DNA of 62,409 nucleotides, filler included, from Candidatus Tectimicrobiota bacterium (GCA_016193065.1; 7 parts of 7 records of this genome joined end to end with filler, not necessarily neighbours in it); one strand, 5' to 3'. Positions 37,090 to 50,172 are shown, counted from the first letter of the whole stretch. Translations and numbers: made by a program. The notes: generated by a model from the letters alone, not told the origin.

Positions 37090-39360
37090 TTAGAAAAAAG
37101 TCCCTACGGCGAAATGATATTCGCTGCTCGTCTCCCCCTCCCGCTTGCCGATCTTGTGCCCCCAGTCGATGCGGATGGGACCAAAAGGGGTCAGAAACCG
37201 GAGCCCCGCCCCCACGCTCTTGCGCAGATCGCCGAGCTGTATCGTCTTCCCCTGCGCAAACACGTTCCCCATGTCGTAGAAGAGCACGGTGCGGACGACC
37301 TCATGGACGGGAATCTGGAACTCCGTATTGAGCAGGAACTCGGAATGGCCGCCGATCGGGTCGTTGTTGATGTCCTTGGGACCCACCTCCCGGCGCTTGT
37401 AGCCCCGCAGATCCGTCCCCAGCCCGCCCAGGTAAAAGCGCTCGTAAATCGGCACGTCCTTTTCCCCATAGCCCCGGGCGTAGCCGAGCCGGCTCCGCAG
37501 CAGCAGGATGAGCCGTTTTCCCAGGGGAAGGTAGCGGCCGTTGTCGGCAACGAACTTCACAAAGTCATTGTCGCCGGCAAATGGTCCCCCGGCAATCTCC
37601 ATGGAGAAGCGGTTGCGCCAGCCGGTGGTGGGGTTGAAGAAATCGTCCCGGGTATCCCGGTTCACGTAGGGGGTGACGCTGCTGGTCGCTGACCTTCCCT
37701 CCAGATCCTTGATGGATTGGGAGGCGGACTCCGCGACGTTCTCGATGCGATCGAGCTCGTAGCGATACTCGGCGCCTCCCTGCCAGAATTCCCGGAGGTT
37801 CTTGCCGCCGCGCAGGACCAGCCCGCGGCTGCCCAGATCATAGGACTCGAACTCATTCCTCCGATTGAACAGATCGAAGCCCGCGCTGATGGGCCGGTCA
37901 AGGAACCAGGGCTCCGTAAAGGAGAGAGTATACTCGGTCCGGCGGGAGCCCAGCTCCGCCGATATGGAGGCGCGCTGGCCGCGCCCGAACAGGTTGCGCT
38001 CCGAGACGCTGACCAGGCCGATGACATGATCCACGGAACTGTAGCCGGCTCCGAAGCTCACGGCTCCGGTGGGTCGCTCCTTGACATCCACCTTCAGATC
38101 CACCAGATCCTCGCCGGTGTGCTTCTCCGTCCCGATCGTGACGCTTTCAAAATATCCCAGCCGGTTGAGCATCTGGCGGCTCAGCTTGAGCTTGGAGCTG
38201 TCGAACACCTCCCCTTCGTGGAGGCGCATCTCACGGCGGATCACCTTGTCCCTCGTCTTGGTGTTGCCGCTGATCAAAATCTGACCGAGGTATTGCTTGT
38301 TGCCCCGGTTCACGCTCAAGCCCACGTCCACCTGGCGGTTGACATCGTCCACGTTGGTCGTGGGGATCACGTCTGCAGCGGCATACCCCTTCTCGGCATA
38401 CAGATCGGTGATGCGCAAGATCCCCTCGCTCAACTTCTGCCGGCTGAAAACCTCTCCTTCCTGCACCCCCAGGGTGCGGCGCAGCGCCTCGGCGGCAAAT
38501 ACGTCATCCCCCGTGACGCTCAGGTTCGCGATGATGTATTGGGGGCCTTCCCGCAAGGGGATGACGACCTCCACGCGCCTGGCAACCCGGTCCATGTTGA
38601 TCTTGGGCTCCTCCACGACCGCCTTCAGGAAGCCCCGGTTCTGGTAGAAGCCCTCCAGGCGGGCGCGGTCCTGGCGCAGGACTTCCGGGTTATAAGCGCC
38701 CGAGCCGGTGATGAAAGACCAAAACCCCTTCTCGCTGGTCTCCATGGCGCTCTTCAGCTCGTACTCGGAGAAATAGCGGTTGCCCTCGAAGCGAATCCGG
38801 GAGATCTTGACCTCCTGACCCTCGTCGATCACGAAATCGATCCGCACCTGATTCCCCTCCAGGGGAATTACCCGGTGCTCGACCGCGGCGAAGAAGCGGC
38901 TCTTTTCCTGGTAGAGAGCCAGGATCTTGTTGTCGCTTTCCCGCAGCGTGGCCTCGTTGAGAATCGTGTTTACCTTGATGGTCAGAGCTTTTAAGATGTC
39001 GTCGGTGCCGATCTCGGAGTTTCCCGTCAGGCGGATCTCGCGGATCCAGGGGTTTTCCTCCACCAGATACGTGAGCTTGAGCCCCCCCTCAAACGGCTCC
39101 GCATCCACCCGGGTGTCACGAAAAAAGCCCAAGTCGTAGAGCCGCTTGATGTCCGTCTGGATCGAGGAGACCGAAAAAGGATCCCCGACCTTGGTGGTCA
39201 GATAGAACCGGATTGTCGACTCTTCAACCCTGACGTTCCCCCGGACAACGATGGCCCGAATCGGCAGCGGAGGTTGTTCAGCCCCTTCGACCCGACCCGA
39301 GAAAAAAATGAAGACGGCAGCCCAGAGAAAGAACCAGCCCCCCATCCACCTTACGCGCAT
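37090..39360 (-). CDS. bamA: Outer membrane protein assembly factor
   Basis: POTRA repeats (GN..), LRGY motif, TPFGPIRIDW, C-terminal Phe. Confidence 0.95.
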   Translation of the reverse strand: MRVRWMGGWFFLWAAVFIFFSGRVEGAEQPPLPIRAIVVRGNVRVEESTIRFYLTTKVGDPFSVSSIQTDIKRLYDLGFFRDTRVDAEPFEGGLKLTYLVEENPWIREIRLTGNSEIGTDDILKALTIKVNTILNEATLRESDNKILALYQEKSRFFAAVEHRVIPLEGNQVRIDFVIDEGQEVKISRIRFEGNRYFSEYELKSAMETSEKGFWSFITGSGAYNPEVLRQDRARLEGFYQNRGFLKAVVEEPKINMDRVARRVEVVIPLREGPQYIIANLSVTGDDVFAAEALRRTLGVQEGEVFSRQKLSEGILRITDLYAEKGYAAADVIPTTNVDDVNRQVDVGLSVNRGNKQYLGQILISGNTKTRDKVIRREMRLHEGEVFDSSKLKLSRQMLNRLGYFESVTIGTEKHTGEDLVDLKVDVKERPTGAVSFGAGYSSVDHVIGLVSVSERNLFGRGQRASISAELGSRRTEYTLSFTEPWFLDRPISAGFDLFNRRNEFESYDLGSRGLVLRGGKNLREFWQGGAEYRYELDRIENVAESASQSIKDLEGRSATSSVTPYVNRDTRDDFFNPTTGWRNRFSMEIAGGPFAGDNDFVKFVADNGRYLPLGKRLILLLRSRLGYARGYGEKDVPIYERFYLGGLGTDLRGYKRREVGPKDINNDPIGGHSEFLLNTEFQIPVHEVVRTVLFYDMGNVFAQGKTIQLGDLRKSVGAGLRFLTPFGPIRIDWGHKIGKREGETSSEYHFAVGTFF

Positions 39361-39571
39361 GATCCGGAAACCCTTCCCAATTGAGCAACGTGAGCGTGCA
39401 GTTCACGACCCTTCTCCTGCCCCGCAGGGCAGCATACGGCATCCCCGGGAAACACACCTGACTCTGAAACGGTGGAAGAGCAAATGGCGTTGAAAAACTT
39501 GCGAAACCGGGAGGGCCGAGGGATTTCTCCCTCCCGGGCGAGGGCGGTGAGATTTTGAAGCCCAAGAGGAG

Positions 39572-41273
<1,702 letters not shown>

Positions 41274-41373
41274 NNNNNNNNNNNNNNNNNNNNNNNNNNN
41301 NNNNNNNNNNNNNNNNNTTAATTAATTAANNNNNNNNNNNNNNNNNNNNNNNNNNNNNNNNNNNNNNNNNNNN
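41274..41373. other. Artificial contig linker
   Basis: N-run, TTAATTAATTAA, N-run. Confidence 0.98.
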
Positions 41374-42816
41374 AATGGTCCGGGCCACCTTGAGGATGCG
41401 TTGGTGTCCCCGGGCGCTCAAACCCAGCTTCTCCACCGCCAGCTCCAGGAGCTTTTCTCCTTGCAGGTCAATCCGGCAGTACCGCCGGGTATGCCGCGGC
41501 GCCATGTGCGCATTGCAAAAAATCCTGTCCCGGGCAAACCGTCGCTGCTGGCAGTGGCGGGCTCGCTCCACACGGCGGGCAATCTCCGCCGAACTCTCTG
41601 CTCCTCCCTCCCCGGCCATCTCCTGGTACTTGAGGGCGGGCACTTCGATGTGAATGTCAATGCGGTCCAGCATGGGCCCTGAAATCCGGTCCCGATAGCG
41701 CTTGATCTCCAGGGGTGTGCACTGACACGATCTTGTAGGATCAGTATGGTGCCCGCACGGGCAGGGATTCATGGCCGCCACAAGAGTGAAGCGGCATGGG
41801 AATGTGAGAGACATGGAAGCACGGGCGATGGTCACCCTGCCATCTTCAAGGGGCTGGCGCAGGACCTCGAGAACATTGCGGCGGAATTCGGGGAATTCGT
41901 CCAGGAAAAGAATTCCATTGTGAGCGAGGCTGGCCTCTCCCGGAGCAGGTACCGTGCCTCCGCCAATCAGGCCCGCATCGGAGATGGTGTGGTGGGGAGA
42001 CCGGAAGGGGCGCATCGTGATGAGGGCTTTCCCCTTCGGGATGATTCCCATGACGCTGTGGACCCGGGTCACCTCCAAGGCCTCCTCCAACGTAAGCGGA
42101 GGCAGGATCGTCGGGAGACGGCGGGCCAGCATTGATTTTCCCGCCCCGGGGGGACCGATCATCAAGATGTTGTGTCCTCCTGCCGCTGCCACCTCCAGCG
42201 CCCTCTTGACGTGGTGCTGACCCCGCACCTCGGAAAAATCCACTTCGCAGCTTGAATCCCCTTCGAAGAGTTCGCTCACCTCCACCCGGGCTTCGGGCAA
42301 GGCAGTCTCCCCATTCAGATAGGAAACGAGTTGGGCCAGGTTCTCCACCCCGATCACTTTAATCCCCTGTACGACGGCTGCCTCCGGGGCATTCTCCACC
42401 GGGACAATCACCTTCAGGTACCCGCCACGCTGGGCAGCCACCGTGATCGGCAGGATTCCCCGCGTCCCCTTGACCCGCCCGTCCAGGGAGAGCTCCCCAA
42501 AGAAGAGAACGCCCGAGACGCTCTCGACTGGGACAAGACCGGTGGCCGTCAGAATCCCCACGGCAATAGGCAGATCAAAGGAGGTCCCCTCCTTGCGCAG
42601 GTCCGCCGGGGCCAGATTCACCGTGATCCGGCGCTGTGGAAAGGAGAAACCGCTGTTCGTGATGGCCGCCTTGACCCGGTCCCGGCTCTCCCGCACGCTC
42701 GCATCCGGCAAGCCCACCGTGGAGAAAGTGGGGAGTCCCAGAGCCAGATCCACTTCCACCTCTATGGGGCAGGCCTCGACCCCAAGCACCGTAGCACTGT
42801 GAACTCGGGCAAGCAT
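41374..42816 (-). CDS. comM: YifB/ComM Mg-chelatase-like ATPase (3' end cut)
   Basis: VGLPD, NLAPAD, GELSLDG, GPPGAGKS, RSPHH, FLDEFPEF, NPCPCG. Confidence 0.9.
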
Positions 42817-42907
42817 TCAGCGACCTCCAACAACAGACTCGGCGCGGTTGTTTCCGCACAAACCTCTCATGCGAATTTCAGATCAGGATTGAATTACCCC
42901 ATGGACG

Positions 42908-42924
42908 AGCAAAAGAAATACCAA
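42908..42924 (-). promoter_or_regulatory. Candidate sigma54 (-24/-12) promoter for comM
   Basis: Minus strand TTGG-TATTTCTTTT-GCT, exact GG-N10-GC spacing. Confidence 0.5.
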
Positions 42925-43020
42925 GAAAAGGCAGAGCACCAAAAAAAGCAGTAAGCCCAAGTTATTCAGGTGCCTGCAGGATTTGACCGCTCATCGGGAA
43001 GAGGAGCCGAAATCCTGGGT

Positions 43021-43059
43021 TGCACAGTTTATTGTGCAGATCGCACAATTTTCGATGCA
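43021..43059. promoter_or_regulatory. Tandem palindromic sites (candidate enhancer-binding-protein sites)
   Basis: TGCACA-N6-TGTGCA (43021-43038) and an imperfect CGCACA-N6-GATGCA (43042-43059). Confidence 0.45.
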
Positions 43060-43264
43060 CTCATATCGCGCGTTCGGAGGAGCCGCCAGAATGTTTCTTG
43101 CTGGGAGACCCTCTTGGTATGAACCTGGGAAAGCATTCACCGATCTCCTGCGGATTGCCATTTGTTTGGCTTGAAACGGTGCGGACTCCGTGGTAGGAAT
43201 CGGGTATCGTTTAACCCTAGAGAAATCCGGGAAAACACAGCCCATAGAGCGCGGAGGATCCCAG

Positions 43265-44410
43265 ATGAAAGTACCGGCTTCGATCAGAACGGATGTCGTG
43301 GGAAGCCTGTTGCGTCCCCCTTACCTCAAGGAAGCCCGGCTGAGCCATGACGAGGGAAAGATCGGAGCAGAAGAGTTCCGAGCCGTGGAGGACCGGGCGA
43401 TCCGCGAGGCGGTGCGGCTCCAGGAGGAAGCAGGGCTCGATGTCGTCACGGACGGGGAGTTTCGCCGTCTCAACTTCCAGGACAGCTTCGGCGCCTCCGT
43501 GAGCGGTTTTGAAGCGAGCCGGGGCGATATGCGGCGCGTTGCCGGAATGTCCGAGGGAGGAAAGCCTCTCGAGAGATGGGAGATCCCCCTGACGGAACCC
43601 AAGGGGATCGTGATGCTGAACCGCCGCCCCGTCGTGGAGCGCCTCAGTCTGGCCCGCAACGGTCCTCTGGAGGAATACCGTTTCGTCAGCCAGGTCGCAC
43701 GCAAGCCCGCCAAGGTGACCCTGATCGGGCCTGACCGCATCTGCCAGCGCTTCGACCACTCCGCTTCCACCTCCGTGTACCCGACCGTTGATGATTTCCT
43801 GGCCGACGTTGTGGAGATCGAGCGGCAGATGATCCGGGATCTGGTGGAGGCCGGCTGCCCATACATTCAGATCGATGCTCCTGGGTATACCGCCTACGTG
43901 GACCCACCGTCCCTCCAGGCCATGCGGGAACGCGGGGAGGACCCCATGGCGAACTTTACTCGTTCTCTCAAAGCCGACAACAAGATCCTGCGGGGCTTCG
44001 AAGGTATCACCTTTGGGATCCACCTGTGCCGTGGAAACCAGCGCAGCATGTGGCACCGGGAAGGGACCTACGACGCGATTGCTGAACGGCTCTTCACGGA
44101 ATTGAACCACCATCGATTTCTGTTGGAATACGACAGCCCCCGTGCCGGAGGCTTCGAGCCCTTGCGTTTTGTGCCGAAGGGAAAAGTAGTCGTTCTGGGC
44201 TTGGTCAGCACCAAGGTTCCCCAGATGGAAACCATCGAAGGCCTCAAGGGGCGCATCGAAGAGGCCAGCAAGTTCGTGCCCCTGGAGCAACTAGCCATCA
44301 GCCCCCAGTGCGGCTTTGCCTCCGACGTGGTGGGCAACCTGATCAGCGCAGACGATCAGAAGCGAAAGCTCGAACTCGTCGTAGAAACCGCCCGCCAGGT
44401 CTGGGGATAA
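43265..44410 (+). CDS. Cobalamin-independent methionine synthase II family protein
   Basis: VVGSLLRP, TDGEFRR, IQIDAP, HLCRGN, LLEYD, SPQCGFAS. Confidence 0.92.
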   Translation: MKVPASIRTDVVGSLLRPPYLKEARLSHDEGKIGAEEFRAVEDRAIREAVRLQEEAGLDVVTDGEFRRLNFQDSFGASVSGFEASRGDMRRVAGMSEGGKPLERWEIPLTEPKGIVMLNRRPVVERLSLARNGPLEEYRFVSQVARKPAKVTLIGPDRICQRFDHSASTSVYPTVDDFLADVVEIERQMIRDLVEAGCPYIQIDAPGYTAYVDPPSLQAMRERGEDPMANFTRSLKADNKILRGFEGITFGIHLCRGNQRSMWHREGTYDAIAERLFTELNHHRFLLEYDSPRAGGFEPLRFVPKGKVVVLGLVSTKVPQMETIEGLKGRIEEASKFVPLEQLAISPQCGFASDVVGNLISADDQKRKLELVVETARQVWG

Positions 44411-44615
44411 AGTGCAGATCAGCTCGCCAGTGCGCGGATTGCAAATAACTGCACCGTCCGGTGATCTCCCGCCATGTTCATCTCAGCTAGATAGCAGTCG
44501 CAACAGCCCCGGGAGCAGAACCGCCGGGACCTTTGAAGTTGCACAATTGCCTGTGCAGTGAGGTTGCTATCACCGCGGGCGACTCCAAAGGAATTTTCAC
44601 TCCATCCAGGTGTAC

Positions 44616-45275
44616 CTACTTCCCCGTGGGGGAAGAGGCCGAGAGTTCCACCGTCTCTCCCCGCAGGGCGGCCAGGAGGCTGCGGGACTGGGCCACTTCC
44701 CCGAAGTACTTGCTGATGTTCAGCAGGGTACCCTGGTGTTCTTCGGGTGAGGTCGCGGCGCAGCAGTCTTCCACCAGGATCACCTGGTAGTCCTTCATGA
44801 AGGCATGCCGGGCGGTGGACTCTACGCAGACGTTGGTGGCCACCCCCGTGAGCAGGAGATGGGAGACCTTGTGGCTGCGCAGGATGAGATCCAGATCCGT
44901 GTCGATAAAGGCGCTGTAGCGGTGCTTGATGACGACGCGGTCCGCCGGCGTGGGTTGCACCTGGTAAAATTCAGCCCCCCAACTCCCCTCCACGCAAATG
45001 GGGACGATCTTCTCCGTTCCGCGGCGCAGGCGCCGGGTCAGCCAGGTGGGGGAGTTCGTCCACTCGCTGTGCTGGGTGCGGATGAAGAGGACCGTTATAC
45101 CCGGCTGTCTGGCCTCTTCTATGAACGAAACCAGGCGGGGAACCATGTCCTGAATGCTCTGCAGGGGAATCCCCATTTGACCAAAAGACCCCCGGTCATG
45201 ACAGTAATCATTCTGGACATCGATCACGAGGAGCCAGGTATTCTTCGGATCCAGGTGGAAAGCGTTGGATGCCAT
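44616..45275 (-). CDS. Isochorismatase-family cysteine hydrolase
   Basis: VIDVQND, KHRYSAF, GVATNVCVEST (Asp-Lys-Cys triad). Confidence 0.9.
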   Translation of the reverse strand: MASNAFHLDPKNTWLLVIDVQNDYCHDRGSFGQMGIPLQSIQDMVPRLVSFIEEARQPGITVLFIRTQHSEWTNSPTWLTRRLRRGTEKIVPICVEGSWGAEFYQVQPTPADRVVIKHRYSAFIDTDLDLILRSHKVSHLLLTGVATNVCVESTARHAFMKDYQVILVEDCCAATSPEEHQGTLLNISKYFGEVAQSRSLLAALRGETVELSASSPTGK

Positions 45276-45519
45276 CGGCCGCCTCCTTCCGGAAAAAAGA
45301 GGGTGTTTGGACTGGGTTCAAGGCCGGATGTTCGGTGTTTAGCAAAATCGCTCTGCGGGGTCAAGGGAATTCAGGGAACACGGACGGCAAGCGTTCGGCA
45401 GTCAGCAATCAGCCGTCAGGTCAAGGCAGAGGGAGTACCGCTTAATGATTAAGATGTTGAGGGGGAATGATCGGCACACAAAGGGTCCGGCGGGAGGCAG
45501 TCCGGACAGGAAAAATGCC

Positions 45520-45549
45520 TTGACAATACGCAGATTTGTCCCATAGTAT
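45520..45549 (+). promoter_or_regulatory. sigma70-type promoter
   Basis: TTGACA-N18-TAGTAT upstream of the polyprenyl synthase gene. Confidence 0.5.
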
Positions 45550-45584
45550 CCTACACTTACGGCATCTCTGCGGGTCCTGCAGGG

Positions 45585-46583
45585 ATGCCACCGGCGGGCG
45601 AATTCATGACATTTCCTGATGTCCTAAAGCTCCTGCAAGACGACCTCCAGGCCGTAGAACGCGCAATTCAGGGGAACTTCACCTCGGACGTGAGCCTGAT
45701 CCCCATCATCGGCCGCTATCTCTCCCAGGGGGGAGGCAAACGTATCCGTCCGGTCCTGGTGCTCATCAGCTCCAAGCTGTGTGGTTACCAGGGGGGAAAC
45801 CGCCACATACTCTACTCCTGCATCGTCGAATTCATTCACACCGCCACCTTGCTGCACGACGATGTGGTGGACGGTGCCGACAAGCGGCGGGGAAACCCCT
45901 CGGCGAACTCGAAGTGGGGGAACGAGGCCAGCGTCCTGGTGGGGGACTTCCTGTTCTCGAAGTCTTTTGCCCTCATGACGAACGACGGCGACCAGCGCAC
46001 CCTGGATGCCATGTCGGACACCACACTGAAGCTGGCCGAAGGGGAGGTTTTGGAGCTCGTCAAGACCTGCGACGTGGAGACGGCAGAAAACGAATACCTG
46101 GACGTGGCCTTCCGCAAGACGGCGGCGCTTATTTCGACCTGCTGCCGTCTTGGAGCCCTTCTTGCCAAAGCGAGTCCCGAGAGAGAGAAAGCCCTCCTCG
46201 CCTTCGGGACCCAGGTGGGCCTGGCTTTCCAACTTGTCGATGACGCCCTGGACTACATGGCCAGCGAGGAGCGCTTGGGGAAGCCCGTGGGCAAGGATCT
46301 CCAGGAGGGGCACGTCACTCTCCCTCTGATTCACACCTACGGGCAGGCCGCTGCAAAAGAGCGCGAGGAGATCCGCACCATCGTTGCTTCCGACGTGATT
46401 TCGGAGCCACAGCTCAAGCGCATCCTGGAGTTAATTGACGCGTACGGCGGGATCGACTATACCATGAACCGGGCCAGAAGCCTGGTAGCCCAGGCCAAGC
46501 GGGAGATCGAGATTTTCGAGGACTCCCGTTATCTACAGGCCCTCCGCACGGTGGCCGATTACATTGTGGAGAGGGATCAATAG
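45585..46583 (+). CDS. Long-chain polyprenyl diphosphate synthase (IspB-like)
   Basis: [34 protein letters not shown]. Confidence 0.92.
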   Translation: MPPAGEFMTFPDVLKLLQDDLQAVERAIQGNFTSDVSLIPIIGRYLSQGGGKRIRPVLVLISSKLCGYQGGNRHILYSCIVEFIHTATLLHDDVVDGADKRRGNPSANSKWGNEASVLVGDFLFSKSFALMTNDGDQRTLDAMSDTTLKLAEGEVLELVKTCDVETAENEYLDVAFRKTAALISTCCRLGALLAKASPEREKALLAFGTQVGLAFQLVDDALDYMASEERLGKPVGKDLQEGHVTLPLIHTYGQAAAKEREEIRTIVASDVISEPQLKRILELIDAYGGIDYTMNRARSLVAQAKREIEIFEDSRYLQALRTVADYIVERDQ

Positions 46584-46609
46584 AGGGGGCTCTCCTTCCA
46601 GGAGATCCG

Positions 46610-47134
46610 ATGAAGGAGCATCCCTACCTCAAGTTGGCAAGAGAGGCAATCCGAACCTACCTGGAGACTTCCGAGATCTGTTCGCTCCCCGCGCCGCTCT
46701 CGGAGGAAATGGAACGTCACGCGGGGACTTTCGTGTCCTTGAAAAAGCGGGAGGAGCTGCGCGGCTGCATCGGCACTTATCTGCCGAGTCAAAAGAATAT
46801 CGCTGAAGAGATCATTCACAACGCGATCAGCGCCGCCACCCGGGATCCCCGCTTTCCACCGGTCACTCTCCAGGAACTGGACAACCTGGAGATCAGCGTC
46901 GACGTTCTCGGTCCCCCAACGCCGGTCAAAGCTCTCAATGAACTCGACCCTCGGCAGTATGGTATCATCGTTGAGCACGAAGGCCGCCGGGGGCTCTTGC
47001 TCCCCGATCTCGAAGGGGTGGACACCGTTGAGCAGCAAATCGAGATTGCCCGCAAGAAAGCCGGAATCGGCGCGGATGACCCCGTCGAGATCCGCAAATT
47101 TGAAGTGGTCCGCTACAAGCAAAGATCCCGCTAG
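46610..47134 (+). CDS. amrA: AmmeMemoRadiSam system protein A (AMMECR1 domain)
   Basis: GTFVSL..LRGCIG, DPRFPPV..EL, GLLLPD. Confidence 0.9.
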   Translation: MKEHPYLKLAREAIRTYLETSEICSLPAPLSEEMERHAGTFVSLKKREELRGCIGTYLPSQKNIAEEIIHNAISAATRDPRFPPVTLQELDNLEISVDVLGPPTPVKALNELDPRQYGIIVEHEGRRGLLLPDLEGVDTVEQQIEIARKKAGIGADDPVEIRKFEVVRYKQRSR

Positions 47135-47747
47135 ACCTGAGATTTTCCTGGCTTCTGCCTCCCCCCGGCGGCGTCAACTCCTGGAACAGTTGGGGCTCAT
47201 CTTCCAAGTCCATGCCCCTTCTCTGGATGAAACCCCTCGCCCCGGGGAGACCCCCGAAGACTATGCCCTGCGCCTGAGCGAGGAGAAAGCCTTCCAGGTT
47301 TCCTGGCGCCATCCGGAGGCTGTGGTCATCGGAGCCGACACCGTTGTCATCCTAAGCGGGGACATGCTGGGCAAGCCCAGAGACTCTGACCATGCCCGGG
47401 AAATGCTCACACGGCTCAGCGGTCAGACTCATCAGGTCATCACGGGGATTACGGTCCTGTGCCCCCCGCGCCAGATTTACCTGAATCAAGCCGTCGCCAC
47501 CGAGGTTACTTTGAAGAGGCTCTCCCGGGAAGAAATTGACCATTACGTGGCCACAGGAGAGCCCATGGACAAGGCCGGGGCCTACGGGATTCAGGGCAAA
47601 GGAGCCTTGCTGGTCGAGAAGATCGCCGGCTGCTACAACAACGTGGTGGGACTGCCCCTTTTTGCTTTGGGAATCCTTCTCGAACAGGCAGAGATCCGCT
47701 TGTGGTCCCCGGACAGTTCCCCTCCAGCAGCAGCTCCTCGACACTGA
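47076..47747 (+). CDS. maf: Maf-family nucleotide pyrophosphatase (start uncertain)
   Basis: [31 protein letters not shown]. Confidence 0.92.
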   Translation: MTPSRSANLKWSATSKDPARPEIFLASASPRRRQLLEQLGLIFQVHAPSLDETPRPGETPEDYALRLSEEKAFQVSWRHPEAVVIGADTVVILSGDMLGKPRDSDHAREMLTRLSGQTHQVITGITVLCPPRQIYLNQAVATEVTLKRLSREEIDHYVATGEPMDKAGAYGIQGKGALLVEKIAGCYNNVVGLPLFALGILLEQAEIRLWSPDSSPPAAAPRH

Positions 47748-47838
47748 GGATCCACTCCGAACTCTCGTGGAGGTGTCAGGAGGGCTAACTCCGGGTACAA
47801 TGGGTCAACCAAAAGGCGCAGGACCGACAAAGACTCCC

Positions 47839-48582
47839 ATGCCGGAGCCCCCGCGCAAGGCAAGCGTAGAGATGGAAATAGGCGGAGAGCAGGGGATTCA
47901 CCTTTATTTATTTCGAGGCCTGATTTTCCTCGTCCCCGACGGGGTGCAACCTCCCAAGCAAGGATCGACTCTGCTGGCTCGAACGGTGGCATTTCGTCCC
48001 GATGACACGGTCCTGGAACTGGGAACCGGGATGGGACTTGCGGCTCTAATGGCCGCGCGTACCGCCGGTCGCGTCATCGCCACCGATATTTCTCCGGAGT
48101 GCACCTCCAGCACTCTCAAGAATGCCGTACTGAACGGGTTAAGCGACAAGATCGAGGTCCGCACCGGCGACCTTTACGACCCCGTGATCGGTCTTACCTT
48201 TGATAAGATCCTGGCCAATCCCCCTCAGATGCCGGTCCCCCCATCGCGAGAGCGCGGTGATCCACAGGCCCTGCCAGACAACGGGGGAACGGACGGCTGG
48301 GCAATCCTGGACCGCATCATTACCGCTGCGCCTGAATACTTAAAACCCGCAGGCTGTCTCGTGTTCACGCTGTTTGATTTTCTAGGGCAAGAGAAGGCCT
48401 TCGCCAAACTCGGGCGCGCCGGGCTCAACCCCCGGCTCCTGGCTCGCGAACTCCAGTGGTTTCCCCGGCTGGGTTACGAGCGGCTGGACCACCTGCGCGC
48501 GATCGATGAAGAAGGGACCATCCCGCAGGGAAATCAACCACTGCACTGCTGGCGCCTGGTCATTGCGGGAGCAAAGGGGTAG
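47839..48582 (+). CDS. HemK/PrmC-like class I SAM methyltransferase
   Basis: VLELGTGMG, GDLY, ILANPPQ, GGTDG. Confidence 0.82.
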   Translation: MPEPPRKASVEMEIGGEQGIHLYLFRGLIFLVPDGVQPPKQGSTLLARTVAFRPDDTVLELGTGMGLAALMAARTAGRVIATDISPECTSSTLKNAVLNGLSDKIEVRTGDLYDPVIGLTFDKILANPPQMPVPPSRERGDPQALPDNGGTDGWAILDRIITAAPEYLKPAGCLVFTLFDFLGQEKAFAKLGRAGLNPRLLARELQWFPRLGYERLDHLRAIDEEGTIPQGNQPLHCWRLVIAGAKG

Positions 48583-48585
48583 ATC

Positions 48586-49386
48586 ATGTCGGCCCAACAC
48601 TTCCTGATCGTCAATGCCGATGACTTTAATCTGACCCCTGCTGTAAGCCGGGGGATCGTCACCTCCCACCGGGAAGGGATCGTGACCAGCACCACGGCCA
48701 TGGTCAATTTGCCCGGCCTGGAGGAGAACTTGGCTCTGCTGGTCCACGTACCGTCCCTGGGAGTTGGCCTCCATGTCAACCTGACCCTGGGTCCTCCGGT
48801 ATCGCCTCCCAACGAGGTCCCCTCCCTGATCGATGAGAAGGGGCAGTTTATCCGGGATCCGAAAGGCCTCGCTGCTCGCGCCCGACTCGAGGAAGTTGCT
48901 CGGGAGCTGGCCGCTCAGAGGGAGCGCTTTGACCGGGTCTTCCCCCGCGCCCCGACCCATGTGGATAGCCACCATCACGTGCACCACCTCGAACCTCTGG
49001 ATCAACTTTTCCTGGACTCGTGCCGCCGGTGGGGTCTCCCCCTGCGCAGCGCCAACTCCTCTCTCCGGGAGAAAGCTCGCAGCCTGGAAATTCCCACCCC
49101 GGATCACTTCCTGGGAGACGTGAGCGAGGCCCCTTACTGGAGCGAGGAAAATCTCAGCGCCACTCTGGAAAGCCTCCCGGAGGGAGTCACGGAACTCATG
49201 TGTCATCCGGGCTACTGGGAGGACTCGATCATAACCAGCAGCTACAGCACCCAGAGAGAGGGAGAATTAAAGGCACTGTGCTCTCCCCATCTGCCGCCGA
49301 TTCTGGATACACGGGGGATTGTCCTCACCATCTTCGCGACGCTTGGCAAAAATTCTGCGCAGACCTCTCGGGAGAAGAGAATATGA
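48586..49386 (+). CDS. YdjC/ChbG/HpnK-family deacetylase
   Basis: IVNADDF, GLHVNLT, HVDSHHH, ELMCHPG. Confidence 0.9.
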   Translation: MSAQHFLIVNADDFNLTPAVSRGIVTSHREGIVTSTTAMVNLPGLEENLALLVHVPSLGVGLHVNLTLGPPVSPPNEVPSLIDEKGQFIRDPKGLAARARLEEVARELAAQRERFDRVFPRAPTHVDSHHHVHHLEPLDQLFLDSCRRWGLPLRSANSSLREKARSLEIPTPDHFLGDVSEAPYWSEENLSATLESLPEGVTELMCHPGYWEDSIITSSYSTQREGELKALCSPHLPPILDTRGIVLTIFATLGKNSAQTSREKRI

Positions 49387-50072
49387 CCCGACAAGAAGTA
49401 ATCGCCAGCCTGGACGTGGGAGGAACGACGATCTCCGCCGGGATCGTAAGTACTCAAGGGGAGATCCTGCTCCAGCGCTCGGCTCCTACCTATGATCTGG
49501 GGAGGAGCGATTGCGTCCTTCTTCACATCATGTACATTGCCCGGGAAATGGCACTGAAAGCCCGCGAGATTGGATTTAACCTTCTGGGGGTGGGGGTCGG
49601 CCTTCCCGGCGCAGTCAATGTGGACACCGGTACCATTGGCTACGATATCCAGAACATCCCCGAGATCGCCTGCTTTCCCCTCGGAGTGATCCTCAACAAT
49701 TACTGTGAAGCAACCACTGTCCTCGACAATGATGTGAACGCCCTGGCCCTGGGGGAAATGTACTTCGGGCAAGCCCGCGGAGTGCGCAACCTGGTTTTCA
49801 TTGCTCTTGGCACCGGAGTCGGTGGAGGGGTCGTGCTGAACGGGGAGATCCACCGGGGCGCCAACTGGTACGGGGGGGAACTGGGACACATGACCCTGAA
49901 CCCCAACGGTCGCCCCTGTTTTTGCGGCAGCCGGGGCTGTCTTAAAACCTACGTGTCAGGGCCTGACGTGGTTGCCCAGATCCGGGAACGACTTGATGCC
50001 AGGGAAGCTCCGCTCCTTATGAACCTGTGCGGGAATGATCCCGCGCGGGTCCTCCCCGAACAGGTCTTCGCC
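49383..50072 (+). CDS. ROK-family sugar kinase (partial)
   Basis: DVGGT, DNDVN, LGTGVGGG, GELGH, CFCGSRGC. Confidence 0.9.
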
Positions 50073-50172
50073 NNNNNNNNNNNNNNNNNNNNNNNNNNNN
50101 NNNNNNNNNNNNNNNNTTAATTAATTAANNNNNNNNNNNNNNNNNNNNNNNNNNNNNNNNNNNNNNNNNNNN
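50073..50172. other. Artificial contig linker
   Basis: N-run, TTAATTAATTAA, N-run. Confidence 0.98.

Noticed and set aside
47076-47160. Possible non-canonical start for maf
   Set aside because: In-frame ATG (47076) and TTG (47100) exist within the end of amrA, so no unusual initiation is needed.
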